DNA from: an uncultured Gemmatimonadota bacterium
GTDB taxonomy: Bacteria; SM23-81; DAOVCL01
DNA length: 64,000 nucleotides
Direction: 5' to 3'
NCBI GenBank assembly: GCA_964626665.1
Contig: CAZVGK010000004.1
Coordinates: 90,613-154,612 of the forward strand
The notes beneath the pieces were generated by a model that was given only the letters and a program-made list of their open reading frames with translations, made no database searches and had not been told where the DNA came from. Shown here piece after piece: positions 39,747-48,583 of the stretch. Position numbers and translations under genes: made by a program. The stretch's first letter is position 1. The number at the start of each line of letters is the position of its first letter.

Positions 39747-42116
39747 TCATGCTCTCTTCTCCAATGTTTTCCTCTTCTCGTCAGGAATTGGACCCGCTTT
39801 TTTAATGAAGTCTGCTAAACTGTTTATATTATTAACAAATCCCCCTAACATTACAGTAACAAACTGGACAAATCTTACTCTCTCTTCTTCTATCCCTTCT
39901 TCTCTCAAAATATTATTTACTTTAGCAATATTTGACTTTATTGCTGAAATAACATGGGGATATGGAGATGACTTTTCTTCAGCCTCTCCCAAAAGTATTC
40001 CATCAGTCCCCGCTGCAAAAGCTTGCAATATAAGTTTAGGTGTAACCCTGCTACAACTCGGAATCCTGATTATCCTTGAATTTAAAGAATAAGACATCTT
40101 TGCTGTCCCAACATTGTCAGATAACCTATAAGCAGTCATATCATCTGCGAAAACAAGAAATCTTGTTTCTCCTTTTTTCTTACTTTTTAAGACAGACTCG
40201 ACTTCTGCCAGAAGTTGGGAATTTGTATAAACATGCAAATCCAGAGCATCTTTGGGACAAGACCCAATACAACTACCACATCCTTTACACAGAGCCTCAT
40301 TTATTTGGGCTAATTTTTCGGAAATTGATATTGCATTAAATGGGCATTGGTCTATGCATAGTTTACATCCATCACAAAGTTCTTCATGAACAAATGCCAT
40401 AATAGGGTCCAATGAATATTCTCCCTGATTCATAAGCCTTATAGCCCTTGAAGAAGCCGCCGATGCCTGAGCTACAGTATCTGGTATGTCTTTAGGTCCT
40501 TGAACTGTCCCAGCTAAAAATACACCATCGACAAGGGTATCAACAGGCTTAAATTTTGGATGTGCCTCCTGTAGAAAACCATCAGGGCTTTTGGCAAGTT
40601 TCAACATGTCTGCAATTTTATCAGTTCCTTTATTTGGACGCAAACCAACTGAGAGCACAACTGTATCAAATTCCGATTCTATTATCTGACGGGTAAGTGT
40701 ATCTTCAACTTTCAAAATCACTCTTTTATGGTCAGAATTTTTCATTACTTCTGCCACCCTGCCACGAATAAACTTAATTCCCATATTCTGTGCTCTTTTA
40801 TAATATTCTTCGAATCCCTTCCCATAAGCCCTAAGATCTGTATAAAATATATAAATATCCCTTTTCGGATTAGAATGTTTCAATAAACTTGCAAGTTTTG
40901 TTGCATACATACAGCATATTCTTGAGCAATACTCATTTCCGACTTGTTCATCTCTGGACCCCACACATTGAATAAAGGCAATTCTTTTCCCCAGGTCTCG
41001 TATTGGAGCACCCTCCGATGCATGGACTATCATTCGTTCCATCTGCAATGCAGTTACCACATTTTGGAATTTTCCGTAACCATAAACCTTCTTTTCTCCG
41101 GCATCAAAAATATCGTAGCCTGTGGCAACAATTATAGTATCGGCAATAAACTTTACCTTTTCCGGTTTCTGGTTAAAATCCACAGCACCCCCTGGGCAGT
41201 ATTTTTCACAGAGACCGCATACTTTTCCTCCTTTAGTAAGACGCAAACAAGTGTTCTCATCAATCAAATTTTTATAGGGAACCGCAAAACCAAAGGGTAT
41301 GTAAGTCGCCTTGCGAGAAATTAACCCTTCCTCAAACTCATCTACCACCTTAACAGGGCACTTCTCTTCACAGATTCCGCAGGCAGTGCATTTATCCATA
41401 TCTATATATCTCGGTTTTTTCTTAACAGTAACCTCAAAGGTCCCAAGATAGCCATCAATGTTTTCTATTTCTGAATATGTGAGCAAATTTATATTAGGAT
41501 TAGCTGGAACATCAGCCATTTTGGGTGAAAGTATACAGGCTGCACAATCCTCTGTCGGAAAAGTCCTTGATAGTTGTGCCATTTTGCCACCTATAGAAGG
41601 CTCTTTCTCAACAAGATAAACATCAAAACCTGCATCACCTAAATCTAATGCTGCTTGAATCCCTGCTATGCCTGCTCCTATCACTAATACCCTTTTGCCA
41701 ATAGGCATCATTTTTTTCTTTAAAGACTCATCCAATCTCGCTTTTGCTATAGCCATATTAGTGAGGTCTTTGGCTTTTTCTGTTGCATCCTTGGGAAAGT
41801 CAAAATGGGGCCATGCACATTGCTCTCTGATGTTTGCCATCTCAAAAACATAAGGAGATAAACCGGCTGCCTCAACAGTTCTCATAAAAGTTGCTCCCTG
41901 AAACTGTGGCGAACAGGCAGCTATTACTACTCTGTCCAATTTATGCTCCTTTACATCATCCAATACAAGTTTCTGCCCCAGATCCGAACACATATGCGTA
42001 TAATCCTTTGCCATAACAACATCAGGCTGTTTCTCGGCAAATGAGGTTACTTCCTTAACATCAATAACCTCAGATATATTACCACCACAGTGGCATACAT
42101 ATACCCCAATTCTCAT
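39747..42116 (-). CDS. hdrA: HdrA fused to a degenerate MvhD-like domain
   Basis: VYVCHCG, ANIREQC, GAGIAG, FPTEDCAAC, CVGSRD..CSRICCMYATK, EAHPK; MvhD-like C-terminus lacking most Cys. Confidence 0.92.
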   Translation of the reverse strand: MRIGVYVCHCGGNISEVIDVKEVTSFAEKQPDVVMAKDYTHMCSDLGQKLVLDDVKEHKLDRVVIAACSPQFQGATFMRTVEAAGLSPYVFEMANIREQCAWPHFDFPKDATEKAKDLTNMAIAKARLDESLKKKMMPIGKRVLVIGAGIAGIQAALDLGDAGFDVYLVEKEPSIGGKMAQLSRTFPTEDCAACILSPKMADVPANPNINLLTYSEIENIDGYLGTFEVTVKKKPRYIDMDKCTACGICEEKCPVKVVDEFEEGLISRKATYIPFGFAVPYKNLIDENTCLRLTKGGKVCGLCEKYCPGGAVDFNQKPEKVKFIADTIIVATGYDIFDAGEKKVYGYGKFQNVVTALQMERMIVHASEGAPIRDLGKRIAFIQCVGSRDEQVGNEYCSRICCMYATKLASLLKHSNPKRDIYIFYTDLRAYGKGFEEYYKRAQNMGIKFIRGRVAEVMKNSDHKRVILKVEDTLTRQIIESEFDTVVLSVGLRPNKGTDKIADMLKLAKSPDGFLQEAHPKFKPVDTLVDGVFLAGTVQGPKDIPDTVAQASAASSRAIRLMNQGEYSLDPIMAFVHEELCDGCKLCIDQCPFNAISISEKLAQINEALCKGCGSCIGSCPKDALDLHVYTNSQLLAEVESVLKSKKKGETRFLVFADDMTAYRLSDNVGTAKMSYSLNSRIIRIPSCSRVTPKLILQAFAAGTDGILLGEAEEKSSPYPHVISAIKSNIAKVNNILREEGIEEERVRFVQFVTVMLGGFVNNINSLADFIKKAGPIPDEKRKTLEKRA

Positions 42117-42248
42117 AAGCTTAGCTGGCTCTTAAATTTAGGTTATTTTCCCTTTTAGTGTTAACCATAAAGTTATTGCAGCGGGAACCCTATAGGCCGT
42201 TCCCATTATATCCAATTTCTTCTCCATAATTTACCGACAGGAAGCCCA

Positions 42249-42276
42249 AAAATAACCCAAATTCCTAATCTGTCAA
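42249..42276 (-). promoter_or_regulatory. sigma70 promoter for the hdrA2-hdrC-hdrB-frdBA module
   Basis: TTGACA-N16-TATTTT. Confidence 0.55.
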
Positions 42277-42412
42277 GTGGAAAAACGCAGATTTTATTTA
42301 TTTAGATGCTTCTTTTGCCTTATCTCCATCTCATCTTGTCAATCCAACTCCCTTTGATCGCCAACTGCTATGAAGGCTGGCATTCTCCCCGCAAACTCCT
42401 AAGTTGCCAAAA

Positions 42413-42862
42413 CTAATTTAACCTCAGATCCTCAGCTATCCTTGCGGCTAGCTCTGGGACCTTTGCCTGGATCTGGGGACTGCAGCCCAGGTGAAATCTG
42501 TCGTTCTCTACCACCTCTATGGCGTAGACCTCGATTAACCCCGGCACCTCATAACCCAACCTTTTCCCTAAACCAATCGCTGTGCCCAGCCCAACCCCGT
42601 GGCTGCCGGAGGGGAGACCCATCCCCAAATCCTCCAGCCGCAGCTTACGCATCCTCCCTAAATTTTTATCTCTCCCCTTGATGGAATCCACGATGATCGC
42701 CCTATCGTATCCGACAAGTTCCTCTAAGAGGGGAATCCCAGCCAGGTTGGCCTCCACCACTTCCACCCCGGAGAGAAGCCTCCCCACCTCCCTGGCTACC
42801 AAGATCCCCACCCCATCATCGGCCAGCAGGGGGTTACCCACCCCTACTATAACGGTCCTCAT
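42413..42862 (-). CDS. Hydrogenase maturation protease
   Basis: GVGNPLLADDGVG, IIVDS, GSHG. Confidence 0.93.
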   Translation of the reverse strand: MRTVIVGVGNPLLADDGVGILVAREVGRLLSGVEVVEANLAGIPLLEELVGYDRAIIVDSIKGRDKNLGRMRKLRLEDLGMGLPSGSHGVGLGTAIGLGKRLGYEVPGLIEVYAIEVVENDRFHLGCSPQIQAKVPELAARIAEDLRLN

Positions 42863-44319
42863 AGCTGGCGCAGGGTCCTCTCCACTCCCCCTTCCGGGTT
42901 CCTAATGTTCACCTCTAAGGGCATATCTCCGGGAAGGGAATGGGTGGCACAGGCCAGGCAGGGATCATAGGCCCGAAAGGCCATCTCCACCATGTTGAGC
43001 AGCCCATCGGAGACCTTCCCTCCCTTGATCAACCCCTTGGCCGCCTTTTCAATGGACATACAGACGGCCGCAGAGTTGTTCACCGTGGCCACGATCAGGT
43101 TTACCTCGGTAAGGATGCCTCGCTCATCTGTCTTGTAATGATGATAGAGGGTTCCCCGGGGGGCCTCCACCACGCCAATTCCTTCATCAGGAACAGCAGT
43201 GGGGATATTCCGCACCTGCGGATCGAGGATCTCCTCATCCTGAGCCAGCTCTAAGAGCCTCTCCGCGGCATAGAGGAGCTCCACCAACCTGGCCCAGTGA
43301 TAGGCCAGGGTGTTGTGGGCCGGCTTCCCCCCCAATGTCTCATACATTTTCTCATATTCCTGTTGGGCCAAGGGGGTGGCCATCCCCTCGGAGACGTTCA
43401 GCCTGGCCAAAGGGGCTACCCGATAGACGCCACTATCCTTCCCATCCACGAACCCCTTCCAGCCCACATCCTTGAGGTAGGGGAATTTTATGTAGCTCCA
43501 GGGTTCCACCCTCTCGGCGATGTATTTCAGATAATCCCGCGGCTTGAACTTGAGGAACTGGTGGCCCTCAGGATCAACCACCCTGATGTCGCCATCATAG
43601 AAGTTGACCTTGTTATTTTCATCAACCAACCCCATATAATAGGTATGATGCTTGTAGATATCCCCCACGATCACATCCACATACTCCTTGTTCTTGAGGA
43701 CAATCTCCTCAAAGGCCTGCAGGGCAAAGCGGGCAAACTCCACAGCATCCTTCCCGGTCTGGATATACTCCTCTCTCTCCTCTTTGCTCACCCCCTTGGA
43801 GACCCCTCCAGGGAGGTTGCATACCGGGTGGATGACCCTCCCCCCCTGCTTGCTGATAATGTCCCTCAACCTCCTCCTGATCTCTATCACCCTCTTGGCG
43901 GCATCCAACCCCACCTTCTGGATGACACCTAAGATGTTCCTCTCCCCGGCTGGCGCCTGGGGCCCCACGATGAAGTCCGGCCCCCCCAAGAAGAAGAAGT
44001 GGAGGGTGTGGTCCTCGGCCATAAAGGCGGAGTTGACCAGCTCCCTGATCTTCTTGGCTGCCGGTGGCGGATCAACCTGAAAGAGGTCATCGAGGGTCTT
44101 TCCCGAGGCCATATGGTGAGCGGTGGGACAGACCCCACAGATCTTGGGGGTAAGCCGGGGCATCTCCTCGGCCATCCGCCCCTCACAGAACTTCTCAAAC
44201 CCCCGCAGCTCCGGGACCTGGAAGTAGGCCTTCTCCACATCCCCCTTTTCATCCAAGAATATCTCTATCTTCCCATGACCCTCTAACCTGGTGATAGGGT
44301 CTATTGTGATCCGTTTCAT
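42859..44319 (-). CDS. mvhA: Group 3c [NiFe]-hydrogenase large subunit
   Basis: TRLEGH, RGFE, ICGVC, EAPRG, RAYDPCLACATH plus cleavable tail. Confidence 0.95.
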   Translation of the reverse strand: MKRITIDPITRLEGHGKIEIFLDEKGDVEKAYFQVPELRGFEKFCEGRMAEEMPRLTPKICGVCPTAHHMASGKTLDDLFQVDPPPAAKKIRELVNSAFMAEDHTLHFFFLGGPDFIVGPQAPAGERNILGVIQKVGLDAAKRVIEIRRRLRDIISKQGGRVIHPVCNLPGGVSKGVSKEEREEYIQTGKDAVEFARFALQAFEEIVLKNKEYVDVIVGDIYKHHTYYMGLVDENNKVNFYDGDIRVVDPEGHQFLKFKPRDYLKYIAERVEPWSYIKFPYLKDVGWKGFVDGKDSGVYRVAPLARLNVSEGMATPLAQQEYEKMYETLGGKPAHNTLAYHWARLVELLYAAERLLELAQDEEILDPQVRNIPTAVPDEGIGVVEAPRGTLYHHYKTDERGILTEVNLIVATVNNSAAVCMSIEKAAKGLIKGGKVSDGLLNMVEMAFRAYDPCLACATHSLPGDMPLEVNIRNPEGGVERTLRQL

Positions 44320-44377
44320 CTTTTACCTCTCGGTTGATAGGTAATAAGTAACGAGTTACAAGTGACAAGTAATGGAA

Positions 44378-44643
44378 TCATTTGAGGATTTTTCTCAATC
44401 CTACTATCATTTTGGATATTTCATCCAACTCGGCTAATCCCGCATTATTCATAAGAGTCCGTAGGGTGGTTTCGAATGACCAATAACTGAGAGGTCAGAT
44501 CCCCTGATCTAACCCTGGCAGAACAGGGGTTCTGCCACCTCGCTTTTGAATGGATAAAACCCTCGCCTCGGTTACCTCTGGCAAACCTTACCAATGAACT
44601 CTCTGCCTCTCTTCCACACATCCAACTTCAGGTGCGGTTTCAC
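44378..44643 (-). pseudogene. Decayed four-helix-bundle gene whose middle is replaced by palindromic elements
   Basis: N-end VKPHLKLDVWKRGREFIGKV from 44643; C-end AELDEISKMIVGLRKILK* ending at 44378; heptamer repeats at 44336-44373. Confidence 0.75.
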
Positions 44644-44656
44644 AACCCGTCGTTTG

Positions 44657-45637
44657 TTACTTCATTATCTTTCTGCGCAAGAGAGACGAGGGAAGGCTAT
44701 ACATATAGAAGAGGCCTGCCGGATCGGGGATCTGGTCAACCAACTTCTGCACCTCCTCGTCCGTCATCTGCTCTTCACCCTCGATCCCCAAGATGGAGGC
44801 CACAAAGGAGAGCACCCTTGCCCCCTGATCCTTCACCCCCTTTACCGGCCCAAAGCAACCGCGGCAGGGCATATGGGCATTGATGCAACGTTCCCCACAG
44901 CCGGATCTGGTCGCCGGTCCCAGGCAGATAACCCCCTGAGCCAAAAAGCATTTCTCCGGGTCCAAAATCACCTCATAAGGCCTTTTTATCTCCTTCATCA
45001 TCAACTTCTCAGGCTTGGAATCCGCCAGGGGACAGGTATCGCAGAGGGACTTATCCGGGGCCAGCACCGCCCCCTTCTCCGGCAGCTTTCCCTCCAATAT
45101 AGCATTTATCGCCTTCATTATGAGATCCGGGGGCGGGGCACAGCCAGGGATGTAGTAGTCCACCGGGATCACCTGATCAAGGGTATGCACCGTATTCCAG
45201 AACTCCGGTATGGTGAGCTCCTGGCCATCCACGATTGTCTTGGTCTGCGGCAGGACGCCTTTGGGGTTGTCCATAGTGGGCACCCCCTTGTAGACCCGCT
45301 CAAATATGGTCTCCCTGTTCCAGAAGTTGGCCAATCCGGGTATCCCCCCTATGTGGGCACAGGAACCGAAGGCAATCACCAGGCCTGACTTCCTTCGCAA
45401 AAGCTTAACCATCTCCTCCTGCTCCTCCGTCCTGATGGCCCCATTGATGAAGCTCACCGCGAGCTCCCCATCAGCCATTTGTTCCACATCCTTCTTCTTG
45501 AAGTCCAGGGCCACCGGCCAAAAGACTATATCCACCGCCCTAACAACCTCGAGGATATCCTCAGCCAGATCCACCACCGCCTCCTCACAGCCCCCACACG
45601 AGGCACACCAGTAAAATGCCACTTTCGGTTTAGCCAT
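44657..45637 (-). CDS. mvhG: Group 3c hydrogenase small subunit
   Basis: CASCGGCE, AFGSCAHIGG, IPGCAP, CLGPATRSGC, PCRGCFGP. Confidence 0.95.
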   Translation of the reverse strand: MAKPKVAFYWCASCGGCEEAVVDLAEDILEVVRAVDIVFWPVALDFKKKDVEQMADGELAVSFINGAIRTEEQEEMVKLLRRKSGLVIAFGSCAHIGGIPGLANFWNRETIFERVYKGVPTMDNPKGVLPQTKTIVDGQELTIPEFWNTVHTLDQVIPVDYYIPGCAPPPDLIMKAINAILEGKLPEKGAVLAPDKSLCDTCPLADSKPEKLMMKEIKRPYEVILDPEKCFLAQGVICLGPATRSGCGERCINAHMPCRGCFGPVKGVKDQGARVLSFVASILGIEGEEQMTDEEVQKLVDQIPDPAGLFYMYSLPSSLLRRKIMK

Positions 45638-46040
45638 CTTTCCCCCCTATTGGTCCTAACTCTGCCACCTTGTCGGCAAAATCATTCATCGCCCCCCGCA
45701 GCCGGGCAGATTCCCCGGTGGAAAACCACTCCAACCCCACCCTCTCTGGCTCAATATTAAACTGCTTAAGCAGGTTCCTCAGCAGGAAAACCCTTCTCCT
45801 GGCTTTATAGTTTCCGTTGTGTTCACATTCCCCAGGTGGGCATCCGGCAACCAATACGCCCCAGGCACCTTGAGATAACGCCTCTAATATCAACTCCGGA
45901 CTAACCCTCCCCGAACACATAGTGACGATGGGGTCAACCAAACTCTCATCTCCATAATAAGTCGATGAAGTAGAGAGCTGCAATCCTGGGCATACGGACC
46001 AGTTGCAGCAGAAAACGATTATCTTGGGAGCCTCTCTCAT
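45630..46040 (-). CDS. mvhD: MvhD-like 2Fe-2S protein (divergent)
   Basis: FCCNWSVC, MCSGRV, GCPPGECEH. Confidence 0.85.
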   Translation of the reverse strand: MREAPKIIVFCCNWSVCPGLQLSTSSTYYGDESLVDPIVTMCSGRVSPELILEALSQGAWGVLVAGCPPGECEHNGNYKARRRVFLLRNLLKQFNIEPERVGLEWFSTGESARLRGAMNDFADKVAELGPIGGKDG

Positions 46041-46041
46041 C

Positions 46042-46596
46042 TTACGCCTCCTGCAAGGAGCTTAACACCCTTTCCCCCAATTCCTCCGGGGTTATCCCCC
46101 ACCCTTCCCTCTGATAGATGGCCCCTGAGGGACAGGATGCCGCGCAGACGCCACAGCCCTCGCACTTCACCCTATCCACGGCTAGCTTCCCGTCGACCTG
46201 CACTAAGATGGCCTCTGGCTTACACACCGCGATGCAGATTCCGCATCGGCTACAGAGGTCATCATCGATGCTCATCGTGCTGCCCTGGACCTCGAGGCCT
46301 AACCCTTTCAGGTCGGCCCGCGCATCCCTGATGATCTCGGTTACCGGGACATTCGCCGAGCAGCTCTTTTCGCAGTTCTTGCAGTGGAAGCATTGAAATA
46401 TCTTTTCGGCAACATAGGAGGAGGCCTCAATCTCCCCGGTGAGCAGGCCATAAGCAAGCACGAGCTGTCCCCGCGGCGTATCCCCCTCCCAGTGGGAGGA
46501 CTTATAGAGGTGACAGAGCTCATAGCAGTAACCACACCTGATGCAGATGCTCAACTCATCTCGCCACTTCTTTAGCTTATCGAATTGCGCTCTCAT
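46042..46596 (-). CDS. Polyferredoxin: GlcF-type N-terminal dicluster domain + HdrA C-terminal-type dicluster domain
   Basis: Four CxxCxxCxxxC motifs; N-half resembles the N-terminus of 56334-57398; C-half resembles the HdrA C-terminus. Confidence 0.8.
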   Translation of the reverse strand: MRAQFDKLKKWRDELSICIRCGYCYELCHLYKSSHWEGDTPRGQLVLAYGLLTGEIEASSYVAEKIFQCFHCKNCEKSCSANVPVTEIIRDARADLKGLGLEVQGSTMSIDDDLCSRCGICIAVCKPEAILVQVDGKLAVDRVKCEGCGVCAASCPSGAIYQREGWGITPEELGERVLSSLQEA

Positions 46597-47021
46597 ACCC
46601 TTGCCTCCCCGAGCGGCAGTGGCCCCATTTGGCCTATCTGCTCAACGAACCCGTTGATCACCCTGGCAAACTTCGCTCCCTCAGATGCCGAGATCCATTC
46701 CAGGCGCAGCCTATCCGGTGCGATGCCAAAACCCCTGAGCACCTTCTTCAAAAGGAGGACCCTCCTCCTGGTCTTGTAATTGCCTGTCTGATAATGACAA
46801 TCCCCCGGATGACAGCCAGCCACCAACACCCCCCAGGCACCCTTTTCAAATGCCTCGAGGATCAGGCTGGGGTCGATTCTACTGGAGCAGAGGGTGGGGA
46901 TGATGGTAAAATCCGGCACCATCTGCATCCTTGATGTGCCCGCCAGATCGGCTGCCGCCGCAGAACACCACTTACAGGAAAAGGCAACGACCTTAACCCG
47001 CGAGTCCTTTTCTCTCTCCAT
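46593..47021 (-). CDS. mvhD: MvhD
   Basis: CKWCS..AADLAG, CSSRID, GCHPGDCHY, WISASEG. Confidence 0.93.
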   Translation of the reverse strand: MEREKDSRVKVVAFSCKWCSAAAADLAGTSRMQMVPDFTIIPTLCSSRIDPSLILEAFEKGAWGVLVAGCHPGDCHYQTGNYKTRRRVLLLKKVLRGFGIAPDRLRLEWISASEGAKFARVINGFVEQIGQMGPLPLGEARV

Positions 47022-47055
47022 TTCCTCTCACCTTTCCCGAAGCCCAACCGCAAGC

Positions 47056-47481
47056 TTACAGGAAAATCTCCCTTTTGGTGGGGTTGGGCCCCAAATTTTT
47101 GATCTTCCGGGCATAATCTCGCACCACCTGGGCAAACCTGACCCCCTCCGAGGCCGATATCCAGGAGAGCTGGAGTCGTTCCGCCTCCAGGCCTAAGCCA
47201 GCAAAAACGGCCTGTAAAAGCACAAACCTGCGGCGTGTATAGTAGTTCCCCTGCACATAATGACAGTCACCGGGGTGGCAGCCCCCAATAAGCACCCCAT
47301 CTGCCCCTTCCAGGAAGGTTTTAATCACCCCTAAGGGGTCCACCCTGCTGGAACACATCACCCTAATGGGGAGAAAAGACGGAGGATATTGGAGCCTACT
47401 TGTTCCGGCCAGGTCGGCAGCGGCGTAGGTGCACCACTTGCATATAAAGCCAATTATCTTGGGTTCGAACTCTTCCGGCAT
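47056..47481 (-). CDS. mvhD: MvhD
   Basis: CKWCTYAAADLAG, MCSSRVD, GCHPGDCHY. Confidence 0.95.
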   Translation of the reverse strand: MPEEFEPKIIGFICKWCTYAAADLAGTSRLQYPPSFLPIRVMCSSRVDPLGVIKTFLEGADGVLIGGCHPGDCHYVQGNYYTRRRFVLLQAVFAGLGLEAERLQLSWISASEGVRFAQVVRDYARKIKNLGPNPTKREIFL

Positions 47482-48582
47482 CTACCTCCCCACCTCTTGG
47501 AACTCCTTTTCCTTAAAAACAGTGAGGGGAACATCCTCCGCCAGATCCCTCCCCGGAACATAGTCAAACCTGGCCTGCACCTGCTCCCCCACCCGGTAGA
47601 AGATGGAACCAACCGGTATGGCTGCCGGACAGACATCTGTGCACATCCCACACCCCACACAGGAGATCCCCATATGGGTCAACCTGCCCAATTGATAGAT
47701 CAGGGAGTTGGGGGGAACCTTTATCCCTCCGCGCTCCGCAAGCTGAGCTAAATAGGTGGAAGGGTCATACTCATAGTCCCGGGAATCAAAGTCACAGAGC
47801 TCACAATAGCAAAGGGGGCAGGCATTGCCACAGGCATGGCAATTCAGACATCGGCCAAAGATATCCACCAATCCACTAAGGCCCAGCTCCTCTGATTTCA
47901 GTTCCTCGTAAAGCTCTTTCTTCGCCTCACCCCTCTTCTGCAGCAGCAGCTTCACTTCCTCTCCTGGAGCCTCCTCGTCGTGGATCTCCCCCTCCAATCC
48001 GGAGAGAAACTCCTCCCCTTTCTCCGTGTTCAGAATAAGGTCACACCTTTTGTTTAGCTCCCTATTCCCCGCCAGCTTCACTGTTATGTCTGCATTATAG
48101 GGCAGAAACTGGTTGCAGCCCCGACAGGTCGGCCTAATCCCCGCGGGGATCTCCCCCTGGCGCACCGCAATCCAATAATCTGCCTCCTTCACCCTACCTT
48201 GGGCAGCCAGCTTCAGGGGGTAAACCCCGCCACAGGTGGATGAGATAAAGAGAAAATTCTCTACGCTCCCCTGTTTGCGCTTCACCAGTTCCACAAAGGC
48301 ACGCAGCTCGCAGGGACGGAGAACGGCAGCCAGGGGCTCCTGCGGGCTTCCCAGCAGGGTAATTCGAGAGAGAACGGTTGCGGCGTTGGTCGGCATCAGG
48401 GGGTAAAGGGGCACGGCATCCTGAACTGTGGCTTGGTCGGTGATCAGGGCATAGGCCACTCCTCCATCCGGTAGCTTGAGCAGGGAGATGACCCCCTGCA
48501 CCTTGTGGCTGCGCAGCAGGAAGCGGAGAAGTTCCCTCATCCCCTCTTCCACCCCCTTTTCCATTCTCCAGACCTTGGCCAT
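47482..48582 (-). CDS. FdhB/FrhB-like Fe-S protein
   Basis: LRPCELRA, RPTCRGC, CLNCHACGNACPLCYCELC, SCVGCGMCTDVCP. Confidence 0.85.
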   Translation of the reverse strand: MAKVWRMEKGVEEGMRELLRFLLRSHKVQGVISLLKLPDGGVAYALITDQATVQDAVPLYPLMPTNAATVLSRITLLGSPQEPLAAVLRPCELRAFVELVKRKQGSVENFLFISSTCGGVYPLKLAAQGRVKEADYWIAVRQGEIPAGIRPTCRGCNQFLPYNADITVKLAGNRELNKRCDLILNTEKGEEFLSGLEGEIHDEEAPGEEVKLLLQKRGEAKKELYEELKSEELGLSGLVDIFGRCLNCHACGNACPLCYCELCDFDSRDYEYDPSTYLAQLAERGGIKVPPNSLIYQLGRLTHMGISCVGCGMCTDVCPAAIPVGSIFYRVGEQVQARFDYVPGRDLAEDVPLTVFKEKEFQEVGR

Positions 48583-48583
48583 C

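Noticed and set aside
33113-44643. Diversity-generating retroelement (Avd-like genes)
   Set aside because: No reverse transcriptase and no TR/VR pair with adenine-specific mismatches; differences in the 23210/26057 duplication are not A-specific.
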